Assembly: GCF_006345805.1 (NCBI RefSeq)
Contig: NC_042998.1
Span: 156,488,001 to 156,552,000 of the forward strand
Direction of reading: 5' to 3'
DNA: 64,000 nt
Source: Octopus sinensis
Taxonomy: Eukaryota
The notes under the pieces: model-generated
Seen by the model: only the letters and a program-made list of their open reading frames with translations
Databases searched by the model: none
Told to the model about the DNA's origin: nothing
Translations under genes and position numbers: made by a program
Shown: in pieces, positions 1 through 12,043 of the stretch
Layout of the letters: the number at the start of each line of letters is the position of its first letter
Numbering within the stretch: position 1 is the first letter of the stretch

Positions 1-380
1 GTGTGTATAGATGTGTCTGTGTGAGTTTGTAAAGTTTGGTAGGATGGTGTGTGTATAAGTGTGCCCCTTTGTCAACCTTGTGTGTGATTGTTTTGGTGTT
101 GTGTGTGTGTGTGTGTATGTATGTGCGTGATTGGTATTTGTCATGGTGCTGTGTGTGTGCATGTGTGTGTATATGTGCATCTGTATGGAGGACAGAATGG
201 TGTGAGTGTGTGTGTCTTTGTGTGTGTGTGTATATATATACATGTGTTTGTGTGTGGGAGCCGTTTTTGATTGGTCCCAGGGTCCATTGTTGTGTAAATA
301 GATGTGTGTTTTTAAAATTTGGTAGGATGGTGTGTGTATGTGTGTGGTTAATGCTTTTTAGTGTGTTGCGTGTGCGCTAG
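1..380. repeat. GT-rich low-complexity/(GT)n region
   Basis: Degenerate (GT)n. gtttggtaggatggtgtgtgtat occurs near 34-56 and again, slightly varied, near 317-339. The ORFs here are C/V-rich artefacts. Confidence 0.8.
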
Positions 381-394
381 TGCATGTATGTGTG

Positions 395-2545
395 TATATC
401 CACGACACCAACCATGCTCTCCGGCTTTTCAACTCTTTCTCCTTTCCTCCCGGCTCCTCCAAAATCCTTTTTACTATGGACATCCAGAGCCTCTATACCG
501 TCATCCCTCACCACGAAGGACTGCGGGCACTTCAACACTTTCTTGACCTCCACCCCAACCCCGAACCCGACACCTCCACACTCATTCGTCTGGCCGAACT
601 TGCCCTTTCTCTCAACTGCTTCTCGTTCGCAGGTGAGTTCTACCAACAGATCTCGGGAGTGGCCATGGGAAAGCGAATGGGCCCCAACTATGCGAACCTG
701 TTCGTTGGCTATGTTGAGGCTCAAATATTCTCTAGTTTCACTGGTCCCACTCCCGAACTATACGGTCGTTACATTGACGACATTATCGGTGCCACCTCAC
801 TCTCCTGTGAACATCTAGATTCCTTCCTTTCTTTCATTCAATCCTTCCATCCTGCCCTCCACTTCACCTCCACTATCTCCTACACCTCTGTCTCCTTCCT
901 CGGCATTTCGGTCAGCATTCATCACTCACTCTTACCACCTACATTCACTACAAACACACAGACTCACACTCATACCTAAATTTCTCTTCCTCCTACCCCA
1001 AACACACCAAGCTTTCCATCCTCTATTCCCAATTCCTCCATCTACGTAGGCTCTGTAGTGGACGACCATGACTTTGAGACTCAGTCTCAACTCATGGCTC
1101 GCCACTTCATCCTACGTGGATATCCCCTCACCACTATCCACACCGCCCTTGCCAGAGCACGTTCCGTAGACCGTGCATCTGCTCTCTCCCCCGAACCCGC
1201 CCTGCATTCTCCCACCTCCCTTTTCCCCTCACTTACCACCCTACCTCTACAACGCACCATTCTTCGAGCTTTCTGGCATCTCCAGTCCGACCCGTCCACT
1301 TCACACCTCTTCCCTAACCAACCCCTCCCCTCTTTCAAACGAGCCCATAACCTACGAGACCTCTTGGTCCACAGCTTCTTCCCTGACCCTACCTCCCAAC
1401 CTGGCTCGTTCCCCTGCTCCCGTCCACGTTGCCGCACTTGCCCTTACCTCTCCAACACCACCCTCCTCACTGGCACCCATCATTGACTCCTTCACCTGCA
1501 CCTCCAGCAATATCATCTATTGCATCTCCTGCTCTCTCTGCCATTCCCTGTACATCGGACAAACGGGACGCCGCTTGGCTGACTGGTTCGTAGAACACCT
1601 CCAAGACATTCGCCTTGCCAACGAAACACCGGTCTCACGCCATTTCCGCGCCACCTGTCACTCCTTGCAACACCTGTCTGTGTTCGGATTGTCCTTGCGC
1701 AGAGGCCATCCGGATTCCCGTTTGCGCCGTGAACAGGGATTAATCTTCTCTCTTCACTCTTTTACACCATTTGGTCTCAACTCTCCCCCCTTTTCATCTA
1801 AGCCCCCTTTTTTTTCATCTAACCTCCCTCCCGACTCCTACTTCTCTTCAGTCCTTCATCTTTTCACCCCTACTCTCTTTCCCTCCTCTTCCCTCTTCCC
1901 CCTCTCTCTTTCTCTCTGCTCACTCATTCCCCTTCTCTCCCCTCCCCCCTTCCTTCTCCTCCTCTCCTTCCTTCTCCTCTCCTCCCTCCTCTTCCTCTCC
2001 TCTCTCCCCTCCCCCTCCTCTCTCCTCTCTCCCCCTCTCACTCTCCCCACAACCCCCACTCTACCCTAACCCCTAGCCGAACCCACACCCCACATGGACT
2101 TTCCCCACTCTCGCTCCCCACCTCCCCACAACCATAACACCACACTACACTACACCATACGACATTACACATCACATCATACATACATACACACGTCTAG
2201 ACCACCAGCCCTCTTTCACATGCACATACATGCTCTCTTATGCACACATGCAACTTCATGTTGGGGCAAGGTCACTTGACCCTGTTATCTCCCCTACTAT
2301 CCCTCTAGCATCTAACGTCTGACCTCTAACGTTTGACCTCTGATCTCTGACTTCTCCTGAAATCAGAACGCCATGTTGGATCGTTAGCCCCTACACACAA
2401 TTTTTTCTCTCCTTGTTTCTTTTCTGTGTATCTTTCTGTCGAAGAGCGTAGCCTTGAAACGTAAAAGACTTGTTTTATTTCTATTCCTGAGCGCCATACT
2501 AATACATTGTATGTTTGTACTCCACCTGCCTTCGTCTTTTGTTTA
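395..2545 (+). mobile_element. 5'-truncated Penelope-like retroelement (Neptune-type), frameshifted RT + GIY-YIG
   Basis: RT motifs TMDIQSLYTVIPH, SGVAMGKRMGPNYANLF and YGRYIDD (380-979), thumb region (1058-1486), and GIY-YIG endonuclease FTCTSSNIIYCISCSLCHSLYIGQTGRRLADWFVEH (about 1485-1790). Followed by a pyrimidine-rich 3' region and a hammerhead-like motif; ends in (TA)n. Confidence 0.9.
2431..2468 (+). ncRNA. Minimal type-I hammerhead ribozyme-like motif (variant core) in PLE 3' end
   Basis: Stem I tcttt (2431-2435)/aaaga (2464-2468); core CTGTCGA+A; stem II GAG/CTT; GAAA; palindromic stem III ACGT; GTA cleavage triplet. Confidence 0.6.
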
Positions 2546-2563
2546 TTTTCATAAACCTTCCCG

Positions 2564-2565
<2 letters not shown>

Positions 2566-2612
<47 letters not shown>

Positions 2613-2640
2613 GTATATATTTATATATATATTTATTATT
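2566..2640. repeat. (TA)n microsatellite
   Basis: Direct reading. Confidence 0.95.
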
Positions 2641-3778
2641 TTATTTATTTTATTTTATCTAGTTTCAACTCACGAGCTGTGGCCATGCTGGGGCACCACC
2701 ATTTGGTGTTGCTACATGATTTTACTTCACGAATGCTTTTTAGCAATTGCCATTTGGTGCATGAGAGAGTTCGATGCAGCTGCCCTCATCTGCACCTCCT
2801 GCCGTGAAGTTGGTTCATCTGGGACACCTGACAGGAAGAGATCCAGTTTTATTTTAAAGACATCTGCATCCACCCCATGCAGGTCTCTCAGGTTCTTCGG
2901 AAGGATATTGAAGAGCTCTGGGCCTCTGAAGCCCAAGCTATCACAGTATCTTGTCCTACATCTTGATGGCAAATTTGGAGTCCTTGGCACTATGCAGTGG
3001 CGCCCAGTTCTAGTATTTGTGTAACTCTCGATGGCAAAGTTTGGGACAAGTCCCTCCAGGATCTTCCAGATGTATATTATGGCATATCTTTCTCTCCTAA
3101 GCTCTAAGGAATAGAGTCTTAATATCTTGAGTCTTTCCCAATAGCTTATATTCTGCACAGAGGCTATCTTCTTCATGTAGCTTCGTTGGATCACCTCAAG
3201 TTCTGAGATTAATTTGACACTGGTTGGTGACCATAGCTGAGAGCAATAGTCAAAGTGTCTTAGGACAAGTGTCCTCCGGAGGACCATCATGGTTTCTTGT
3301 TCTCTTGTTCTAAAGGTTCTGAGAATCCATCCAGCCAGTCGTCTACATTTCATTGCCAATTTAGCAACATGTACACGAAAGGTTGCGTCATCACTCATGT
3401 AAATACCCAGGTCTCGCACTGATTGTGCCTCTGGGATTGCAATCCCTCCAGGTCCAGTGTATTTATTGGGTATTGTATTTAGTTTTGCATGCTGATAGCA
3501 TAAAGCTTGAAACTTTTCAGCATTGAACTGCATGCTATTCTTTTCAGCCCACTTGTATATTTTGTCCAGCTCACATTGCAGGTGCATAGTGTCTTCAGGG
3601 TTCTGTATTGCCTGTAAAACTTTTGTATCATCTGCATAACTTGTGATCGTGGCTCTCTGCGCGGACGAGGGCATGTCTGAGAGGGCCATTATGAACAGCA
3701 GTGGTCCCAAAACAGTGCCTTGCGGAACAACACTCACTATTTGCGTGTTATTGGAAGTGGCCCCATTGGCTACTACCA
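2640..3778 (-). mobile_element. 5'-truncated CR1-clade LINE (RT C-terminal half + 3' tail)
   Basis: ORF 2727-3779: VPQGTVLGPLLF, YADDTK, VRDLGIYM, DYCSQLWSP, LYSLELRRER. 3' tail ...gtgccccagcatggccacagctcgtgagttgaaactaga + (TAAAA)n. Confidence 0.92.
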
Positions 3779-3788
3779 TATGTATTTA

Positions 3789-4003
3789 CATCATCATCAT
3801 CATCATGGTTTAACGTCCGTTCTCCATGCTAGCATGGGTTGGACGGTTCGACCGGGGATCTGGGAAGCCAGAAGGCTGCACCAGGCTCCAGTCTTATCTG
3901 GCAATGTTTCTACAGCTGGATGCCCTTCCTAATGCCAACCACTCCGTGAGTGTAGTGGGTGCTTTTTACGTGCCACCTGCACAGGTGCCAGGCGAGGCTG
4001 GCA
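3789..4003 (-). mobile_element. RTE LINE 3' end fragment with (ATG)n tail
   Basis: Reverse complement of the 3' UTR at about 6400-6682; (cat)n at 3789-3806. Confidence 0.85.
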
Positions 4004-4004
4004 C

Positions 4005-4036
<32 letters not shown>

Positions 4037-4126
4037 ATATATATATATGGTGTGTGTGTGTGTGTATATATATATATGTGTGTGTGTGTGTGTATATATA
4101 TATGTATATATATATATATATATGTG

Positions 4127-4158
<32 letters not shown>

Positions 4159-4226
4159 TGTATATATTTATTATATATATATACATATTTATACATATAT
4201 AATATCATCATATATGTATAAATATT

Positions 4227-4257
<31 letters not shown>
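4004..4257. repeat. Compound (TA)n/(TG)n microsatellite
   Basis: Direct reading. Confidence 0.95.
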
Positions 4258-6682
4258 GAAGTGTGTTCGCATGGAAGATGGTTCACTTGCGCTAAATGAG
4301 GATGCAAAGAGAGAGGTTTGGAGATGCCACTATGAAAGGTTGCTGAATGAAGAAAATGAATGGGATAAAGAGAGTCTGCCGAATGTTGACCCAACAGAGG
4401 GACCAGCTATCCGAGTTGATAGTTCTGTGGTAGCTAAGGCAATTAGAAGCATGAAGACAGGGAAAGCCCCAGGCCCATCAGGAATCACTGCAGAGATGCT
4501 CAAAATGTCTGGTAGTGTCGGCTATAGCCTAGTCACCCATATAGTTAATCAGGTGATACACAAAGGGGTCATACCCAATGACTGGTGTAGCAGTATAATA
4601 GTCAACTGCTACAAAGGTAAAGGTGATGCCCTAGATACAAATAACTACAGAGGTATCAAGCTGTTGGACCAGGTGATGAAGGTTATGGAGAGGGTCATAG
4701 CCCAACTAATTAGAGAGAGAGTTAGTTTAGATGAGATGCAGTTTGGGTTTGTGCCAGGGAAAAGTACTACTGATGCTATATTCCTGGTAAGGCAGCTGCA
4801 GGAGAAATACCTAGCCAAAGATAAGCCCCTGTACCTGGCTTTTGTTGACATGGAGAAAGACTTCGACAGGGTCCCCCGATCCCTTATCTGGTGGGCAATG
4901 AGAAAACTAGGGATAGATGAATGGTTAGGGAGAGCTGTGCGGGCCATGTATAGGGACGCGCTAGTAGGGTGAGGGTTGGAAATGAGTACAGTGAAGAATT
5001 CCGGGTAGATGTAGGGGTCCACCAAGGCTCAGTACTCAGCCCCCTCCTATTTATCATAGTCCTCCAGGCAATAACGGAGGAATTCAAGACAGGATGCCCT
5101 TGGGAGCTCCTCTATGCTGATGACCTTGCTCTAATTGCTGAGTCGCTGTCAGAACTGGAGGAGAAGTTTCAGGTGTGGAAACAAGGATTAGAATCGAAGG
5201 GCCTCAGAGTCAATCTAGCTAAAACCAAAGTCGTAATCAGTAGGAAGGTAGACAAATCACAAACACCTTCAGGTAGATGGCCCTGCTCGATCTGTAGAAA
5301 AGGTGTAGGTAGAAACTCTATAAGATGCACCAAGTGTAAGCTATGGACACATAAGAGATGCAGCAATGTCAAAGGAAGGCTAACTAGGAAGATGGTTTTT
5401 GTATGTGGCAGATGCTCAGGAACAATAAACACTGAAAATGCTCTGAGACCAACTTCCGTCACTTTCCAGGGAGAAAAACTAGAAATAGTTGATAGTTTCC
5501 GTTACCTAGGTGACCAAGTCAGCAGCGGGGGCGGGTGTGCTGAAAGTGTAACTGCTAGAGTAAGAATAGCTTGGGCAAAGTTCAGAGAGCTCTTACCTCT
5601 GCTGGTGACAAAAGGCCTCTCGCACAGAGTGAAAGGCAGACTGTATGATGCGTGTGTACGAACAGCCATGCTACATGGCAGTGAAACATGGGCCGTGACT
5701 GCTGAGGATATGCGTAAGCTCGCTAGAAATGAAGCCAGTATGCTCCGATGGATGTGTAATGCCGGTACTCACACTCGGCAGAGTGTAAGTACCTTGAGAG
5801 AAAAGCTGGACCTAAGAAGCATCAGTTGTGGTGTGCAAGAGAGACGTTTGCGCTAGTATGGTCATGTGGCGAGAATGGATGAAGATAGTTGTGTGAAAAA
5901 GTGCCACACCCTAGCGGTTGAGGGAACCTGTGGAAGAGGCAGACCCAGGAAAACCTGGGACGAGGTGGTGAAGCACGACCTTCGAACTTTAGGTCTCACT
6001 GAGGAAATGACTAGAGACCGAGACCTCTGGAAGTGTGCTGTGCGCGAGAAGACCCGGCAGGACAAGTGAGTCCACAACCCGTGGCCTTCTACATGGGATG
6101 GAGCCAGCCTACGTATGCATACCTTCCCTTCTTGGGACACAAAACTCTACTTGTGAAGACGTGTTGAGGCAAGTGAGGATCAGAATCGAAATCGATCAAT
6201 GGAAATTGCGGATGTGCTACCAGTGCCGGTGGCATGTCGAAACTCTGCTTGTGAAGACGCATTGAGGCAAGTGAGGATCAGAATCGAAATCGATCAATGG
6301 AAATCGATCAATGGAAATTGCAGATGTGTTACCAGTGCCGGTGGCATGTAGAGAACTTTCCGTTTCGCGACCGTTGCCAGCACCGCCCCGTTTCGTGTCC
6401 GTTGCCAGCCTCGCCTGGCCCTCGTGCCGGTGGCACATAAAAAGCACCATCCGTTCGTGGCCGTTTGCCAGCTCTGTCTGGCACCAGTGCGGGTGGCACG
6501 TAAAAAGCACCCACTACACTCACGGAGTGGTTGGCGTTAGGAAGGGCATCCAGCCGTAGAAACACTGCCAGATTTGACTGGGCCTGATGAAGCCTTCTGG
6601 CTTCACAGACCCCAGTAGAACCGTCCAACCCATGCTAGCATGGAAAACGGACGCTAAATGATGATGATGATGATGATGATGA
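4258..6682 (+). mobile_element. 5'-truncated RTE-clade LINE
   Basis: NYRGIKLLDQVMK, QFGFVPGKSTTDAIF, GVHQGSVLSPLLF, YADDL, CxxC/HxxC region, HGSETW, GRGRPRKTW. Frameshift near 4970, TAG stop at 5854-5856, 3' UTR ending in (ATG)n. Confidence 0.95.
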
Positions 6683-6688
6683 CATATA

Positions 6689-7107
6689 GGCGCAGGAGTG
6701 GCTGTGTGGTAAGTAGCTTGCTAACCAGCCACATGGTTCCGGGTTCAGTCCCACTGCGTGGCATCTTGGGCAAGTGTCTTCTGCTATAGCCCCGGGCCAA
6801 CCAATGCCTTGAGAGTGGATTTGGTAGACGGAAACTGAAAGAAGCCTGTCATATATATATATATATATGTGTATACGTGTGTGTTTGTGTGTCTGTGTTT
6901 GTCCCCCTAGCATTGCTTGACAACCGATGCTGGTGTGTTTATGTCCCCGTTACTTAGCGGTTCGGCAAAAGAGACCGATAGAATAAGTACTGGGCTTACA
7001 AAAAGAATAAGTCCCGGAGTCGAGTTGCTCGATTAAAGGCGGTGCTCCAGCATGGCCGCAGTCAAATGACTGAAACAAGTAAGAGTAAAGAGTTAGAGAG
7101 TAAGAGT
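6689..7107 (+). mobile_element. tRNA-derived SINE with internal microsatellite
   Basis: A-box-like TGGCTGTGTGG and B-box-like GGTTCAGTCCC. The 3' tail ggcggtgctccagcatggccgcagtcaaatgactgaaacaag resembles the CR1 tails in this window; (AGAGTA)-like end. Confidence 0.85.
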
Positions 7108-7117
7108 ATATATACAT

Positions 7118-10075
7118 TCTTCCAGGCGAAGAATGTACTCCTCAACATAGATTAGTAGTTAGCGACTTCAGGATCAGAGCTAAATGGTTTCCCAGAAGAA
7201 GACCAGCTTGGAGGAGAAGGGTCTGGAAGCTTAAAGATCCTGCAAATGAACAGAGATTTAGAGACATACTACTCAAAGCCTTTGATAAAATAGAAGGGGA
7301 TATAGCTTCACTTAATGTGGAAGACAACTGGAGATTTCTACGGGACAATCTGCTTACAGCCACTGACCAGATCTGTGGATGGAGCAAAGTACCATCTCGA
7401 CCCAGAGTAACGTGGTGGTGGAACAAGGTGGTTAACTGGGCTATTAGACAAAACAAACAGGCTAGGAAGGACTGGAAGAACGGTGGTAGCAGGGAATTGT
7501 ATCAGACAGCCAGAAGGGAAGCTAAGAGACAGGTTTATTTAGCCAGAGGGGAAGTGGATTAGAAAAAATTTACCAATGTTCTGCGCCGTAAGGATGAAAG
7601 ACTTGAGGTATTTCATGTTGCAAAACAGTGTGTGAGAGAGAATCGTGATGTGGTAGGAGAGAAATGTGTCCGCATGGATGATGGTTCACTTGCGCTAAAT
7701 GAGGATGCAAAGAGAGAGGTTTGGAGATGCCACTATGAAAGGTTGCTGAATAAAGAAAATGAATGGGATAAAGAGAGTCTGTCGAATGCCAACCTGTAGT
7801 GACGTCATATTCCAGTGTGCGCACATGCAACGTCATTCTTCAGTGTGCGTGTGCGGAACGTCACCTTTGTAGTGACGTCATGTTCCGCTGTGCGCACACG
7901 CAACGTCATTCATCAGTGTGCGTGTGCGGAACGTCCTTCTTCAGTGTCCGTGTGCGGGGTTGGAACCTTCTGGAAAGGCATAAGGAAGTTCCCTCATGCA
8001 CATGCACTAGAGACTGAAGAATAAATTCCATAGCGTTCCTTAATAGCATCGGGGACTTGAGACACGGCGTTAGAAGAGAAAGGACGTATATTTTGAAATC
8101 TGTGATCAGCCTATTCTCCTGTCCCAGACGCTTAGGATTTGACCTGTTCTGTTGCTGCTGAATTGTTGTAAAGCTTACAAACGTTTGAATTCAGCCTTGC
8201 TGCGTTGAACTAGGTGGATACCAGCATACCATCGTGTTTCATTGTTGAACCAAGAAAATAAAGAATTATATATATTTTTAAACTTGCTTTTCGTTCCTGA
8301 CTGGTAGTTTCTAGAAACAAAAAGAAAGGAAATTGTGTTGCACCCAAGTTGCACCCCAAAAGTGTAAAGAAGCAACCAGTTCCCTTTACAAACCCAACAG
8401 AGCGACCAGCCATCCGAGTTGACAATTCTTTGGTAGTTAAAACAATTAGAAGCATGAAGACAGGTAAAGCCCCAGGCCCATCAGGAATTACTGCAGAGAT
8501 GCTCAAAACATCTGGCAGTGTCGGCTATAACCTAGTCACCCGTATAGTTAACCAGGTGATACACGAAGGAGTCATACCCAATGACTGGTGTAGCAGCATA
8601 CTAGTCAACTGCTACAAAGGTAAAGGTGACGCCCTAGATACAAATAATTACAGAGGTATCAAGCTGTTGGATCAGGTAATGAAGGTTACGAAGAGGGTCA
8701 TAGCCCAACTAATTAGAGAGATAGTTAGTTTAGATGAGATGCAGTTTGGGTTCATGCCAGGGAAAAGTACCACTGATGCTATATTCCTGGTAAGGCAGCT
8801 GCAGGAGAAATACCTAGCCGAAGATAAGCCCCTGTACCTGGCTTTTGTTGACATGGAGAAAGCCTTCGACAGGGTCCCCCGATCCCTTATCTGGTGGTCA
8901 ATGAGGAAACTAGGGATAGATGAATGGCTGGTGAGGTCTGTGCAAGCCATGTACAGGGATGCCGTAAGTAAGGTCAGGGTTGGCAACATGTACACAGAAG
9001 AATTCAAAGTAGAGGTTAGGGTCCACCAGGGTTCAGTACTCAGCCCCCTCCTATTTATCATAGTCCTCCAGGCAATTACGGAGGAATTCAAGACAGGTTG
9101 CCCCTGGGAGCTCCTCTATGCTGACGACCTTGCTCTAATTGCTGAGTCACTATCAGAACTGGAGGAGAAGTTCCAGGTGTGGAAGGAGGGTTTAAAATCA
9201 AGGGGCCTTAGAGTCAACCTAGCTAAAACCAAAGTACTAATAAGTAGGAAGGTAGACAATCCACAAATGTCTTCAGGTAGATGGCTCTGCTTGATCTGTA
9301 GAAAAGGTGTAGGTAGAAACTATAAGATGTACCCAGTGTAAGCTATGGACACATAAGAGGTGCAGCAATTTCAAAGGAAGGCTAACTGGGATGATAGTTT
9401 TTGTATGTGGCAGATGCTCGGGAGCATTAACCTCTGAAAATCTGCAGAAAACAACTTCCGTCACTTTCCAGGGGGAAAAACTAGAAGTAGTTGATAGCTT
9501 CCGTTATCTTGGTGACCAAGTCAGTAGTGGGGGTGGGTGTGCTGAAGTGTAACGGCTAGAGTAAGAATAGCCGGGGCAAAGTTTAGGGAGATCTTACCTC
9601 TGCTGGTGACTAAAGGCCTCTCGCTCAGAGTAAAAGGCAGAATGTATGATGCATGTGTACGAACAGCCATGCTACATGGCAGTGAAACATGGGCCGTGAC
9701 TGCTGAGGACATGCGTAAGCTCGCGAGAAATGAAGCCAGTATGCTCCGATGGATGTGTAATGTCAGTGTGCATGCTCGACAGAGCGTTAGTACCCTGAGA
9801 GAAATGTTGGACCTAAGGAGCATCAGTTGCGGTGTGCAAGAGAGACGATTGCGCTGGTATGGTCATGTGGCGAGAATGGACGAAGATAGGTGTGTGAAAA
9901 AGTGCCAATTCCTAGCAGTTGAGGGAACCTGTGGAAGAGGTAGACCCAGGAAAACCTGGGACGAGGTGGTGAAGCATGACCTTCGAACTTTAGGTCTCAC
10001 TGAGTCCTTTGGAAATATGCTGTGCGTGAAAAGACCAGGCAGGACAAGTGAGTCCAGCCCACTTATGCATGCTCC
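7118..10075 (+). mobile_element. RTE LINE copy (5'- and 3'-truncated), interrupted by a solo LTR
   Basis: 7118-7794 and 8395-10075 are colinear with the RTE at 18595-20910. Several stops and frameshifts. Confidence 0.92.
7795..8390. mobile_element. Solo LTR (596 bp) with 4-bp TSD AACC
   Basis: TGTA...TACA termini; AACC at 7791-7794 and 8391-8394. Removing it restores the RTE sequence gccaacccaacagag. Two tandem 73-bp units carry TGACGTCA (7800-7807, 7873-7880). Confidence 0.85.
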
Positions 10076-10360
10076 TTATAAATTAGTATGAAGTAATATA
10101 ATGTACTATTGACTATGTATATTTGCATCTAGGTACAAATATGTGTATGTTTATTATCACAATATTAAGTTGAAAATCTGAAACATTGAATGTGGAACAT
10201 ATATATGTTTACTAATTTATATTATTTATTTACATCATTATGTATATGTATATTTTTATATGTATAGGAGTGTGAGTATATGCACTCATATGTATATGTA
10301 TATGTTGTATTATGGGTATGTACCCACACCCATGTGGGTATATATGTAGACTGATTTATA

Positions 10361-10498
10361 TTACATAATCTCCGAAGAGGTCTTATGATATTTTTGTAAA
10401 TGTCTCATTTATATCTATATATTGACCTACCATAAAAGGCTAATATTGGTAAAATGAGACATACTTATCTACATGGCTGAAACAGCTGTAAGATGTAA
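10361..10498 (+). ncRNA. Degenerate hammerhead-like motif with long stem II (probable PLE pLTR remnant)
   Basis: atct-CCGAAGA-[about 100-nt hairpin including atgtctcattt/aaatgagacat]-GAAACAGCTGTA-agat. Palindromic stem III ACAGCTGT. Confidence 0.5.
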
Positions 10499-10737
10499 TC
10501 TATACTTATATTTATATTTACTTATATTTATTTTCTCTTTTATATATATTCTACTTATTATACAACATTACTCTTTTATGAACACTTTTATGTACATTCC
10601 TTTATGTACACTGATTTGTTCTGCTTTTTTATGTTTTACCCTACAGTCTCTTATGTGGTGGTTTAATAAAGTATGTGATTGAGTATTATCTGGTAATGGA
10701 TATTTGATTTAGATGTATTTCTCCATTTTCTTATCTT

Positions 10738-11110
<373 letters not shown>

Positions 11111-12043
11111 GCATATCAGTGGCGTGCAGTGACTTCCGGTGTTGGGCATGCAATTAATTTCATTGCCACCTCCACCGGCAATTTTTCAGTAAAACATTTT
11201 CATATTCCTACGATTTACATATAAGAAATTCTGAATATGCAATCACCCCCGTATGACCTAGAATAAACAGGGAATAAAAAATGGCTGTGTAGAGATGAGC
11301 CTGAAATAAGTGTATTGTTTGTATTATTCTTTGCTCTTCGAAACGTAAGTACTTTCCCATCCTCATTCTCCCTTAGAAAAGTCTAAAAATCATAAGTGAA
11401 ATGTAATAAAGATGAAATTGGATTCTGTCAATATTTTTGCATATTCAGAATCTCTGTTAAAGGTAGGAATCCCAAAAAAAATTTTCACAAAAATTCGTTT
11501 TTCAAAGAGGTGCAATTCTGCATTAGTCCCTATACCTATTGGTTGAGCCGAATGAAATGATTCAATTAAAAGAACACATTTAGTTACATTATATGGCCAT
11601 GGTTTTAGATCGTTACGCTCTTGAAGACAAGTCAGGTGCTTTATCATGCTACTTGTCAATTCCGGGAAAATTATTGACTGTTCTGAGACTTACTGAACTC
11701 CGTACATTAAAAGACTATGTCTCACGCACACACATTGAAAATACACGCATATACATGAATACACACGCAATGAAAGACAGCGAAAATTCAACATTGTAAA
11801 AAGCCTCCCAAAACTGTTGTGGTAGAAGTCAACATCTCTGAGATTGAAACAAGACACTTATTTACGGCTCAGAAAGGGAAATCTATGTAGGTTAGGTTTG
11901 ACGAAGAAATCAAAACATTTCTCCTGCGAAACAATACTGATGTAAGAAGGTTGAACCTTACGTTATAACAAACACTAAGCAAAACCTGTAATATATGCTC
12001 TTTAATATATTAATTTTTTTAATGTTTTAAAATGTTATTTACC

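Noticed and set aside
2062-2085. Telomere-like CCCTAA near the PLE 3' end
   Set aside because: A single unit in a C-rich tract, not an array.
4645-5462. Antisense ORFs recurring in RTE copies (also 8672-9091, 19557-20315, 46584-47738)
   Set aside because: They recur only because the RTE copies are homologous, and they have no independent motifs.
6689-6760. tRNA gene
   Set aside because: A/B boxes are present but the sequence continues into a SINE body and tail, with no full cloverleaf.
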